From Eledone cirrhosa (lineage: Eukaryota): a DNA stretch of 64,000 bases. The translations under genes were made by a program, and so were the position numbers. Positions 30,772 to 42,582 of the stretch are shown one piece after another. The notes beneath the pieces are model-generated. The model ran no database searches. It saw only the letters and a list, made by a program, of their open reading frames with translations, and was not told the DNA's origin. Location: NCBI GenBank assembly GCA_964016885.1, contig OZ024743.1, forward strand, positions 127,348,001 to 127,412,000, written 5' to 3'. The number at the start of each line of letters is the position of its first letter. The stretch's first letter is position 1.

Positions 30772-30803
<32 letters not shown>

Positions 30804-30828
30804 AATATATATATATATTTATATATAT
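30212..30828. repeat. (TA)n with a higher-order TATTTATATTTATATATATATAAAT unit
   Basis: Direct observation. Confidence 0.95.
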
Positions 30829-31120
30829 AACTAGCAAAGTCAATCTGTAAACGCAGAACTGGATATTTCAAAAAACGTTGCAACCGGAGGAAGACAGGAA
30901 GACGATACTTTGGTTCGTGGAAAAATATCCAGTTCTGCGTTTACAGATTGACTCTGTTAGTTTCAGAAGATCCCGTTAAGGGTGAAAGCAGCGATTTTGC
31001 TTAAACTTTAATCTGTTATTTTAATAAATATTTGCTCTACGGTTCTAATATATTTGATATATATTTATCCTTCTCGAGCCTTCTTTGGATTTTAGTCTTC
31101 AAATTTATTATTATTATTAC
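30829..31120 (+). mobile_element. Second copy of the 20433 hammerhead element, with a fold-back 5' end
   Basis: 30829-30870 pairs with 30924-30962; HHR motif at 30959-31007. Confidence 0.75.
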
Positions 31121-31197
31121 TATATATATATATATAAATATATATAGAATAAGTAAAAGCAAAGTAGTTTCAGATGTTCAAGTCCTTTAATAATAAT

Positions 31198-31383
31198 TGT
31201 TTCTACTTTTGGCACAAGGCCAGCAATTATCCCAGTGCATTATTGGTACTTTATTTTATCGACCCCGTAAGGATGAAAGGCAAAGTTAACCTAGGCGGGA
31301 TTTGAACTCAGAATGGCAAGGGCCGTAACTCTATGCATCAAAGCATGGCGTCCAACCCTCTACCGATACTGCCAATTCACCGC
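31198..31383 (-). mobile_element. Meta-domain-like tRNA SINE
   Basis: TSD CCTTTAATAATAAT at 31184-31197 and 31384-31397; paralogue of 8484-8663. Confidence 0.9.
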
Positions 31384-31397
31384 CCTTTAATAATAAT

Positions 31398-31471
31398 GCT
31401 ATGATATATATTTCAATGACGACACTGGATACACTGTTCTGTGTGCGAGTGTCGTGACATCATCAGACAGC
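31398..31471 (-). ncRNA. Type I hammerhead ribozyme with palindromic stem III
   Basis: gctgt CTGATGA [tg..acgacact..agtgtcgtca..] GAAA tatata TC atagc; mirror copy at 31949-32022 (+) has CTTATGA. Confidence 0.75.
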
Positions 31472-32216
31472 TTGTTACATAATAAGGTTATGTTTCCGAG
31501 GCAATCCAAGTTTCTCACTCATAACTTCCAACGTAAAACCATGATACCTAGAATTAAGTATATTTTCTCTTGGGAGGTGATGGTCAGTCGTACTGTCCAT
31601 GCTTATTATGTAACAAGCTGTCTTGTGACCTGTAAAAACTAATACTCTCCCATCCCATCCCCTCTGGCTTTCGGCTGACTGCCACAGACGGGACGGGTAG
31701 CAGTAAACTATGCTACAGGCCTAAGTGTGTCATTGTTTTGGCTGAGAGGGTGAACTGACTAAGCGAATTTCGTTGAAATCGGCGGTAGCTAATGGCCAAC
31801 TTCCTTCAGACATGCGCCTGTGCAGACCGGTGGGGGTGAATCGGTACTCACAGGGGAACGGATGAAGAACCCAAAAGCACACACTTCGTCCGTTCCCATG
31901 TCGATTCAACTTGGATTGCCTCGGAAACATAACCTTATTATGTAACAAGCTGTCTTATGATGTCGCGACACTCGCACACAGAACAGTGTGGCCATCGTCG
32001 TCATTGAAATATATATCACAGCATTATTATTAAAGGACTTGAACATCTGAAACTACTTCGCTTTTACTTATTCGATATTTACTCCGTCACTCCTATGTGG
32101 AAAAAGTACGTTGAGTGCTTGAATTGAATTGCATCAATATTTACCCTAAGTATAAATATATATAAATATATATATATATAAATATATATATATAAATAAA
32201 TATATATAAATATACA

Positions 32217-32546
32217 TATCATCATCATCATCATTTTACGTCTGCTTTTCCCTGCTTGCAAGGGTGGGACGGGAACTGATTCTGGCTTGATTTCTACAGC
32301 TGGATGCCCTTCCTAACACCAACCTCATTTACAGTGAGTGCTGGGTGCTTTTTTTGCCGTGGCACCTCCACGACCACTTTGCAGTGGAGTTATAGGGACT
32401 AGGGTCTCATTTCTACAGCTGAGTAAACTGGAGCAATGTGAAATAAAGTGTCTTGATCAAGGAAACAACACATCACCCGGTCTGAGAATTGAAACAACAA
32501 CCTTTCGATTGCAAGGCCAATGCTCTAATCACTAAGCCATGTGCCT

Positions 32547-32548
<2 letters not shown>
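32217..32548 (-). mobile_element. tRNA-derived CORE-type SINE with RTE tail
   Basis: Paralogue of 2368-2702. Confidence 0.9.
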
Positions 32549-32620
<72 letters not shown>

Positions 32621-32686
32621 GTATGTACATTTATATGTATGTATGTATGTATGTACATTTATATTTATATATATATATATATATAT

Positions 32687-33555
32687 ATATTGTTATACTT
32701 TGGGAGGGTCATGTTGCCAATAAGAAACACACGCACCAGTTGCTTTCACTTCAATTTATTATATATTTATAAATTTACAAATCCACAAATTTATAAATTT
32801 CTGGTTGGTTGGTTGGTTCCACAACCAGATAGTTGTTTATATATAGTCATAGTCCTTTCGTCACACACTCTGTGACCTCTTCAGTGACTGGGGATTCCTC
32901 TCTTTGTTTCTGTGCCTTTCCTTTCTTCTGTCCTACGCCATTTTGTTTCTGTGTGTGTGTTGTGTGCTCAGTTTGCGCATGCGCCACATCCGGGTGTCTG
33001 TGTGTGTGAGTGTTCATTTATCTATTTGTTTATTTATTTACATGTTATTGGTTGTTTGTTCTATGTGTGTGTGTGTTTTCATTTTGTCCTTAATTGTAAG
33101 TTGTGATGTTGCTGTTCCACTCATATTTTCTATTTAATTTTGGTTGTAATACATATATATATCCTCTATACACTCTGATTCTATCTCTCTGATTGTAGCC
33201 AGAGAACTGCATACGGTGGATGAAGTGTTGTATGTGTCTCTCTAGTTCTTCGGGGTTGCACATGCGGGACACATTTCTCATCACCCGTACCAAATCCGCA
33301 ATCAGTATGTTGATGTTGGTATGGTCCGAAATGGCCGAGTTTCGGTGGATCAGATGTTTGGAAGTCATGGGTTTGGCATAATGAGAATGGAGGATTTGTT
33401 TTTGGTTGTTAATGGTATCTAACCAGAGCTCTGTGTCTAGTACAGGTAATCGATGGTTGGGGTGTCTACTTGGGTAGTCTATAGTAACTCTAATGCTCTG
33501 GTGGATGGAGTTTGCTATTTGCTGGATGCTTTCCAGCATCCAGCAAATAGCAAAC
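32687..33555 (-). mobile_element. Internally deleted Penelope-like (Nematis-type) copy
   Basis: RT thumb (LPVLDTELW..YAKPM..QFSGY) joined through a short TA filler at ~33150-33162 to the last codons of the ORF and the pLTR; GIY-YIG missing. Confidence 0.9.
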
Positions 33556-33784
33556 TGTTCGAAGGTAATATTAAGCCCTAGTTCTAAGAAAAGTTTCCTA
33601 ATGTTTTTACGTCGCCTTTCTAGGTTTTGTTTGTTTATATTCTTGACTAATAGAAGTGTATCGTCGCGGTATATTCCGCCGTGGAGGTCCGTAAATTCGC
33701 TCTGGAGTCTGTGGGCTATATAGATCCCAACCAGATCCGTGACCTCCGCCGAGGCTTAATATTACCTTCGAACACAATCTTAAG

Positions 33785-34894
33785 GTGGTCAACTTCTTGG
33801 ATGTCACCTTCAACCTTAATAACGGTAATATAGAGCCATTTCACAAACTTAATGAAAATCTCAAGTACGTTAATGTAAAATCGAACCATCCCCATTCCAT
33901 TATTAAATCTATCCCTAAAAATATATCCATAAGGATCTCCCGACTGTCGTCTAATTTGCAGACCTTCAACGAGCATGCTGAATATTATAATGACGCACTT
34001 AGAAAAGCTGGTTACTGCGAGAAAATAGAATATCTAGACGATAACCACATAAGTACTATGAATAAAACACATCTAAGTCGAACTAGTATTGCACCACACA
34101 CACACATCAATAGGCATACTAATAGGTGCAAACCAGCAAATAGAGTCAGACGTAGAGAGTACATATGGTATAACCCCGTGTACAATACTTCTATTAGCAC
34201 TAAGATTATCTCACAATTCTATACACTAATCAGTAAACATTTTACAACTTCACATAAATACTATAAAATCTTTAACTCGCGCACCATTAGACTCTCATAC
34301 TCCACTGCACCTAACATAGAACAACTAATTAAAAAACTCAACTCAGCAATACTAAATAAGTACATCCCTAATGACTCAGCGCACCAGCATAGCAACATAC
34401 AACGCACTAACACGCAACTACAACCCCACCAAACTATCCAGGATTCTACTGCAAAACATAAAAATAATTCTAACTGCACCAAACCAGGTACGTGCCCACT
34501 GAATAACCAGTGCCTAGCACGCAATATTGTCTACCGTTGTACAATAAATTTCGGAACCAACAAATGGTATTACGTCGGATGTACCGCGACTTCTTTCAAA
34601 GCTCGCCTATACCAATATCGATCTTCGATCAGGCACGAGAAAATGCGTTCCGTAACAACCCTCGCCGATAAAGCCTGGCAGCTCCGGAGGAACAATCAAG
34701 CATTCTCCCTTGATTGGCAAATTATTGCAGCTGCGCCTGCATATAAGCAGAATCATCGATTCTGCAAATTATGCAATTTGGAGATATACTGCATTTTAAC
34801 GTCGGTAAACAAACTTTTGAACAGCAAAATTGAACGTTCACTATACTGTAACCATCGTTTGAAAACGACTTTTTCTTTTTTTAAATGCATATAA
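33785..34894 (+). pseudogene. PLE RT thumb plus GIY-YIG endonuclease (open frame, N-terminus lost)
   Basis: Motifs as listed for the parent element. Confidence 0.85.
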
Positions 34895-35303
34895 TGTTAC
34901 CTTTTTACACCACCGTTTGCAAATTTCTGTTTTATATGTTTATACACAAGATATGGCTCTCTATAATAATAGTACTAAACACTGTTTTCTGGACCCCTTT
35001 AGAAATGACCTGCTACTATAATAGCCCCAATAACTTGTCTGTAACTTGTACCACTTTGACCCTTTTCACTAAATTTTGTCCGAACAACACCACTAGAAGA
35101 ATTTACCTCCCCCGCCAACCCTAACACGCCTCATTAAGCTAACTGCTGCCAAAACATTCTCTCCTTACAATCTCTACTAGTCTGACAGTCTTAAATCCTA
35201 GGACTCCCTCCACCTTACTCACTTCCCTCTTCCCCTTCTCTTCCTACCTTCTTCTTTCTCTTTTATCTAGTGTATAAAATATTTTCATATCATTCCAATT
35301 CAA

Positions 35304-35420
35304 AGGTCTGACGACATGGTGTGTTTGCTTACAGTGTACCTTTGGTTTATGATAATATTTTTATATTATTCAAATAGCGAGGTATAGGTAACCCATACAC
35401 TATAGAAACAATTGTTACCT
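35304..35420 (+). ncRNA. Type I hammerhead ribozyme with long stem II and palindromic stem III
   Basis: aggt CTGACGA [atggtgtg..tacactat] GAAA caattg TT acct. Confidence 0.75.
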
Positions 35421-35500
35421 AATAAATTCTTTATACCCGCATTTCCATTTCATAAACTTCTTCTCTATATATATATTTATATATATATTCATATATATAT

Positions 35501-36800
35501 ACAATTAAGTTAAAAATGTACATCCATATATGTATACTGAAATACTAGTATGCATATGAATACACACACGTATACATATATAGATGTACCAAGTCTTTCA
35601 CTGGTTACTTTACTGTGAGTATCCAGCTATTCTGTATGTAAACACACAGACAAACCGGTTTTTAGAGTCATACTGGTTTTTGAGGAAACACCTTTCCTCT
35701 ATTCTCCAGAAAGCCAGACAAGGAATATTGAACTAGTTTCATTGTTGTTACAACTCATCAGCAATATTTACCTATCTACCGGCCTTTCTGGAGAATCGTA
35801 AAAGCACATATCGTTATATGCTTTTTCTATGAAAATTAGTAGTGGGCAGACTAATTTGCATAGAGTGTGAGTACGTACCGGTTCAACGGAGACGATAAAA
35901 ACAAATAACGAAACGAAATTAAATTTCGCTTCGTTTGTAACTCACTTTTGTATGACTGACGCTTAAACAATTAAGTTAAAAATGTACATCCATATATGTA
36001 TACTGAAATACTAGTATGCATATGAATACACACACGTATACATATATAGATGTACCAAGTCTTTCACTGGTTACTTTACTGTGAGTATCCAGCTATTCTG
36101 TATGTAAACACACAGACAAACCGGTTTTTAGAGTCATACTGGTTTTTGAGGAAACACCTTTCCTCTATTCTCCAGAAAGCCAGACAAGGAATATTGAACT
36201 AGTTTCGTTGTTGTTACAACTCATCAGCAATATTTACCTATCTACCGGCCTTTCTGGGGAATCGTAAAAGCGTCAGTCATACAAAAGTGAGTTACAAACG
36301 AAGCGAAATTTAATTTCGTTTCGTTATTTGTTTTTATCGTCTCCGTTGAACCGGTACGTACTCACACTCTATGCAAATTAGTCTGCCCACTACTAATTTT
36401 CATAGAAAAAGTATATAACGATATGTGCTTTTACGATTCTCCAGAAAGGCCGGTAGATAGGTAAATATTGCTGATGAGTTGTAACAACAACGAAACTAGT
36501 TCAATATTCCTTGTCTGGCTTTCTGGAGAATAGAGGAAAGGTGTTTCCTCAAAAACCAGTATGACTCTAAAAACTGGTTTGTCTGTGTGTTTACATACAG
36601 AATAGCTGGATACTCACAGTAAAGTAACCAGTGAAAGACTTGGTACATCTATATATGTATACGTGTGTGTATTCATATGCATACTAGTATTTCAGTATAC
36701 ATATATGGATGTACATTTTTAACTTAATTGTTTAAGCGTCAGTCATACAAAAGTGAGTTACAAACGAAGCGAAATTTAATTTCGTTTCGTTATTTGTTTT
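35501..36800. mobile_element. 466 bp non-coding hammerhead-containing unit in tandem plus inverted array (retrozyme-like)
   Basis: 35501-35966 is repeated at 35967-36270, then reverse complemented at ~36268-36800; one HHR per unit. Confidence 0.85.
36464..36508 (+). ncRNA. Minimal type I hammerhead ribozyme
   Basis: aatattg CTGATGA gttgt aaca acaac GAAA ctag TT caatatt; copies at 35724-35768 (-) and 36190-36234 (-). Confidence 0.88.
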
Positions 36801-36879
36801 CATATATATATATTTATATATATATTTATATATATATATTTATATATATATATTTATATATATATTTATATTTATATTT

Positions 36880-37985
36880 AAGTAAGTCCAAAGAATCATT
36901 AGATAAAATATATACAGTATTTCTTTTCCCAATTAGTATAAATCAACCACATAAAAAATCATTTAAACGAGGCTTTAAGTTTAATATGTACTTATATATA
37001 TTTATACATAGTTTAAAATGTACTTATGAAGAAATAATAGATAAATGATATAGCTTTTACAGGAGTATATATATATAAATTAGACAAAGTCATAAATACA
37101 TATATCTGTTTTTGGCAACCATTTACGGTGTGGGTCAATGAAGAATTAACTAAATAATTAATAATCTGAGCAATATATAAAGAAGTAAGTCCAAAGAATC
37201 ATTAGATAAAATATATACCGTATTTCTTCTCCAAATCAATATAAATCAACCACATAAAAAATCATTTAAACGAGGCTATAAGTTAAAAATGTACTTATGA
37301 AGAAATAATAGACAAATGATATAACTTTTTTTCCGCAACATACAGCTACAAAATATTTACCTAATATTTCTACTAGCCTGTAGAAATTGACTAGACATAT
37401 AGTTAACTACACGGAATTAGGTACAAAATCGAAGTTAGAAGAAAAAATGTACATAAACTTTACCAAAATCTTCATAATCTCTACCACCTGGCGGTTTCGT
37501 TCCCTTTTTGGATATATCCGGTCTTGGATAAATCAACAAAGCTTGGAACTCATCAGGAGATATACCTCAATGGACTAAGATTTTTTCTACAATGATCCCC
37601 ACCAGAAATGAATTCAAAATGGCTAAGAATCATCACGTGGCCAGTGGTCAAGGCAGAAAGTTTATGACTGGTGCCAGTCGGCGAGTAGGCTGGTTGCTAG
37701 AAAGCTCAGCCGAATACTGCCTAAAGTTTTACTCAACATTACGGGAGTATATATAAATTAGACAGTCATAGATGCATATATATGTTTTTGGCAACCATTC
37801 ACGGTGTGGCTCAAAGAAGAACTAAATAATTAATAATCAGAGCAATATATAAAGAAGTAAGTCCAAAGAATCATTAGATAAAATATATACAGTATTTTTT
37901 CTCCCAATCAGTATAAATCAACCACATAATAAAAAAAAATCATTTAAACGAGGCTATAAGTTTAAAATGTACTTATATATATTTA
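36880..37985 (-). mobile_element. Tandem non-coding repeat (672 bp unit with a hammerhead, plus a deleted 303 bp unit)
   Basis: AAGTAAGTCCAAAGAATCATTAG starts at 36880, 37183 and 37855; HHR at 37477-37561. Confidence 0.75.
37477..37561 (-). ncRNA. Type I hammerhead ribozyme
   Basis: atctc CTGATGA gttcc...ggaac GAAA ccgccaggtgg TA gagat. Confidence 0.82.
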
Positions 37986-37993
37986 TATATATA

Positions 37994-38167
37994 TATTGTT
38001 ATACTGGGGGTGGGAGTCATATTGTTATAATATTGCCAGAAATAATAACAGAACACACTCACTGTTTGGTTTGGGTTGGTTTTCGTTTCTGTATCTTTTG
38101 TATCTCTATAGTTAATTTATCTGGCAATCAATGTTTATCATTGATTGACCAACGGTTAAAAATACAG

Positions 38168-38237
<70 letters not shown>

Positions 38238-38329
38238 TATCAAAGTTCTTTCGTCACACATCTGTGACATCATCAGTCGTACTATTATTTTTCCTCCCAT
38301 TGTATTGTAATGCCTACGCCATTTTTATT

Positions 38330-38372
<43 letters not shown>

Positions 38373-39130
38373 TTCTTGGCTCTGTCACTGTTTACACATG
38401 CGTTTGCTTGTGTGTTTCCTATTTGGTGTGTGTGTGTTCATGTTTGAGTGTATGTGTTTTGGTTTTTTATTCTATCTTTGTTCACTAGTGTGTTTTTATA
38501 TGTGTTTGTTGTTATTGTACTTGTGTATATATTTATTTATTTATTTATTCATTTATTTATTTATTTCCCTTAGCTCAGTATTGTTTGAATATAGTTGTTG
38601 TTATTCCATTCGTTCTTTCTGTTTAACTTTGGTTTTCTTAGTTCTATCTCAGTTGCTTCTCTGATCTGCCTGGCTGTTGAATGATTTCTATGCTTAGATA
38701 TTATTTTAATTTCTATATTGTCTATATTACCGTCATGTCTTTGTCTGGTGTGTTCATATAGTACTGATCCGTTTTTTTGTCCTTTTAGTTCCCTCCAGTG
38801 TTGGTCTATTCTTTATCCTATGCTTCGAGCTGTCTCACCTATGTATGTCGTTGTCATGTTTCTGCAAGTACCCTCTTTACATTTTATGCTATAGACTACA
38901 TTTCTAGTTTTACAATTTATCTGGGGGTTCATTCTACATATAACACATTTCTTATTTAAGAAAACCCACTGTACAAATAAGAAATGTGTTATATGTAGAA
39001 TGAACCCCTAGATAAATTGTAAAACTAGAAATGTAGTCTATAGCATAAGATGTACAGAGGGTACTTTCAGAAACATGACAACGACATACATAGGTGAGAC
39101 AGCTTGAAGTATAGGAGAAAGAATAGACCA
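37994..39130 (-). mobile_element. Older Nematis-type PLE subfamily copy with an inverted 5' duplication
   Basis: GIY-YIG remnant at ~38570-38970 (-), mirrored at ~38987-39130 (+); pLTR with CTGATGA..GAAAGAACTT at 38233-38284 (-). Confidence 0.8.
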
Positions 39131-39639
39131 GCTTCCTTCTAGATCGTATTTGTATAGGCCTTCATCTGTAGTTGTCTCACCAAATCCAGTCCACCTGATA
39201 TCAGGTATCCCTGGAATATTCTGTGTGTATTCACAAGTTTGTGTGTAGGTTCATTCATCATTCCACAAGCATGATGTGGACGTTCTATGGTATATAGCAT
39301 AGTATATAAGCCCTATTCTGAAGTCCCCTCAAAATATTGCTGTACACCACCTTGAAAAACATTGCCCTCAAGATATGAGTGATGTTGAAATTATGTGTAT
39401 TATAAACTGTTATAAACATACTTTGTAAACAACTAAAATATTACTGACAGGAAATAGATTCAAAGTTGAAAATCGTTTTTCTGTTTTTTTCTTTTTTCTG
39501 AGGCCAGGGTTATTCAGTGTTGGTTTGGTGTGAAATATGTTACTGGAATATTTTAGAAATAAAGATTTCATCACTTTCCATAAAATGAGGAAACATTTCA
39601 ACAATTTTCTTATAATTATAGCAACATAGTTATAGAGGT

Positions 39640-40100
39640 ATGGCAACACAGAACAATAGATACAGTCACAGCAAGACAGTTATAAAATCACATATAGCAA
39701 GACAAAGCAATAGATGTAGCAATGTTTATAGCAACACATTTGTAACAACACAGGTAAAGCAGTACATTTATTACAACACAGATAGAGCAACACTGATATA
39801 GCAATATTTATAGTAATACAGTTATTGTAACAGTTAAAACAACACAGTTATTGTAACACTAATAACACAGTTGCAGCAACATAGTTAGAGCAACATTTGC
39901 AGCAACATAGTTTGAGCAACATTTGCAGCAACATAGTTTGAGCAACATTTGCAGCAACATAGTTTGAGCAACATAGTTTGAGCAACATTTGCAGCAACAT
40001 AGTTTGAGCAACATTTGCAGCAATACAGTTATAGCAACAACTATAGCAACACAATTATAGAAACAGATATATCAATACTAGTAATACAGTTATAGCAAGA
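39640..40100. repeat. ~13/26 bp minisatellite (GCAACATAGTTTGA / GCAACATTTGCA)
   Basis: Homogeneous core at 39870-40020 with degenerate flanks. Confidence 0.85.
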
Positions 40101-40139
40101 TGTTTTCATTTGAGTCTATCTCAGATGATGGTGTAGAAA

Positions 40140-40232
40140 GGGTTCAGTCCCACTTGGGCAAGTATCTACCACTATAGCCTTGGGTAGACCAATGTTTTCT
40201 GAGTGGAATTTGGTAAATGAAAACTGTGTGTA
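40140..40232 (+). mobile_element. Degenerate SINE fragment (third family)
   Basis: GGTTCAGTCCCAC B-box-like motif, then TTGGGCAAGT..CTATAGCC..GTGGAATTTGGTA..AAAC. Confidence 0.5.
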
Positions 40233-40289
40233 AGTGTTTTGGGAAATTATATATCTAAGACTACATTATAGTATTATGTAACACTATTT

Positions 40290-41060
40290 TCAAAACTGTG
40301 GGGTTTGCAAAACCATTCAATGCCAGTGTTGGGCTCTATCAAAGGCATGTACTAACACCTTTCCTGTTCATAATCTTCATGATCAAGATTGGCATGTGCA
40401 ACCAGGTTGAAGCGGTAGAGAGACTGGAATTTGCAGACATCATGGCACTACTTAATTCATCCAAGGTGATCTTCGATATGCACTAGATAGTTTTGCTGCT
40501 TAGTGCTGCAGAAATGAAAATCAGTTTTGTGAAGACTGAGACTCTTGTCCTCTTAAGAAAGGCTGTGCAGTGCACTCTGTTTGTGAGTGGAGTTCCACTG
40601 AAGTAGGTGGACAACTTTCACAAGGGATGGAAGGCAGGAGGCTGAATTAAATAAAAGAGCTGGTGTAGTAATGGACCAGTTTCAGCATTCTGTCATCAGA
40701 AGAAGGTATGTGTAAAAGCCAAACTCATTATTTTCAATTAGTTGTTCAGGCTTACCCTGGTCATGAATCTTCGGTAATGACTAAAAGAACATGATTGTGA
40801 ATGCAAGCAGCCAAAAGATAGTTCCTCTGAAGGGTCCTTCAAGTAACATTACTCGGTGTAAGGAAAGAATCGCTAGACTGATTTGTATGGGTAAAATCAA
40901 CTGGCGGGAAATTCAGAAGTTATACCACAAACAAGATGGTTGGATAACATCCTTAAGATCAGTTGGCCATGCTTGGAGACAGTTGCTTCAGATAAGACCA
41001 GTTGGATGGAGTGTTTGTGGATTCTGCACTCATGACACTCCTAGGAATAAGTGGGCAAAG
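40290..41060 (+). mobile_element. Highly degraded RTE-type RT remnant of a different family
   Basis: F..SVGLYQ..VLTPFLFIIFM..FAD-like RT motifs. Confidence 0.6.
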
Positions 41061-41768
41061 AAGGAGTTTGTTTTAAGAGAAATTTAGCTGCTGTCTCTAA
41101 CAGTTCAAGTAACTACACAGACAGATACTGGTGGTAGTTGTGCTGCTGTTGCTGCTTAACCCATTTCAGCCATAATATAGACTGACAGTTATGATGGTGT
41201 GTGATACTGTTGGTGGTGGTGCTACAATGTTTGAAAAGAAATGTGATGTCTCCTGTATAACATCAACAGCAACATACAACAATATACAACAATACAACCA
41301 CCACCAACAACACTGACAACATGCAGCTTTTTTTGTGACAAGTAAAAAGTTCATTATATTACTTGTAATTTCTACCCTATCTTTACCAACCAACCAACAA
41401 GGGAGTGTCTGCCTCTGTGATCACTTGAAGCAAACCCAGTCTTAAAAAGCGTGATGCATCAGATTATAATGTAATCTTTCCATCGTCCCTGTTGACAATT
41501 GATGATACCAAGTGCTACAGCATGGCCTTGACTGCAGTCACTATAAAACACATAGAAATGGCCAAAACAGATGAGGATGGCTAAAGCAAACTAGAATGAC
41601 TAAATGAATCTGTGATGGCTAAAACACACTGGGATGACACCACACAGTCTGTAATGGCTAACACAAACTAGGTTGGTTAAGACAAATTGTGATATCTAAC
41701 ACAAACTGGGATGGCTAAAATAGAGATGGTTAAAGAACGAACAACTTAAAAAAGGTGTTTGTTTAGAA

Positions 41769-41912
41769 CAGAGTTTTTCAAACTGTAGATCCCAACCCAT
41801 TAGTGGATTGCAGAATAAATAAAATGGGTTACAACATTAAGAAAAATCTACAAAAATGGCTCACAATACAAAATATAGCTCTTGCTATAAAAATAAAAGT
41901 TTGAAAACATTG
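41769..41912. mobile_element. Degenerate hAT (Charlie-like) MITE
   Basis: CAGAGTTTTTCAAACT...AGTTTGAAAACATTG termini; flanks GTTTAGAA and ATCTAAAT resemble an NTCTAGAN target. Confidence 0.5.
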
Positions 41913-42532
41913 ATCTAAATAATATTTTTAGTGGAAACTAAGAACTTATGTGTGAGAGTTCACTTGAAGAAATTATTGCCATCTCTATCTGTTCCCTGTT
42001 TAACTTGGCACCTTTCAGTGTGTTTCTAAATAAATTCAGTAATTTAATAGGAGGGTGCCTTCTCTGATGTTTGTTTTCATAGTGTTTATAGAATCATTCT
42101 ATCTCTTTAACTGAAAGCAAATGATTTCAACCCAGAGATAAAATAAATCTCATGCTTGAAAAAGCAAGAAATAATAAAAATTGTTTATCTGTAGGTATGA
42201 GTGAAGTTAGTGACACCACCTACTTCTGTTTTAATGAATAAATTTATAAAGGAGAGAGAGCTGGCCATTTTTATGGGAGAGCTATTGTCACTCTGTATCT
42301 GATAGTGTTACTGTTCTGTTATAGGAGAGTTACTGTAAGTCTCTACCTGTTGTTACTATCGTTATGGGAGAGCTTCTGTTACTCTCTACCTGATGGTGTT
42401 AATGTTGCTATCATGGCACCAACAGTAGTGAGGTTTTCATGTCCTTGAATATACCATTCAAACACCAACCACTTTACAGTGTGTGGTGGGAATATTTTAT
42501 TGTAGTATTTTATTATATATATATATAATACT

Positions 42533-42581
<49 letters not shown>

Positions 42582-42582
<1 letters not shown>

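Larger units (their letters stand above)
31146..32075. mobile_element. Inverted-repeat non-coding element (~170 bp arms, each with a hammerhead motif; hairpin-rich spacer), interrupted by a SINE
   Basis: 31146-31197 plus 31398-31512 is the reverse complement of 31908-32075. Confidence 0.8.
33556..35466 (+). mobile_element. Second-lineage Penelope-like element with a 5' inversion, GIY-YIG and a pLTR hammerhead
   Basis: ORF 33785-34894: NFLDVT..SNHP..WYNP..CPL..NIVY..YYVGCT..FKAR..CKLC; the YRDD segment is inverted at 33556-33750; HHR at 35304-35420. Confidence 0.9.
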
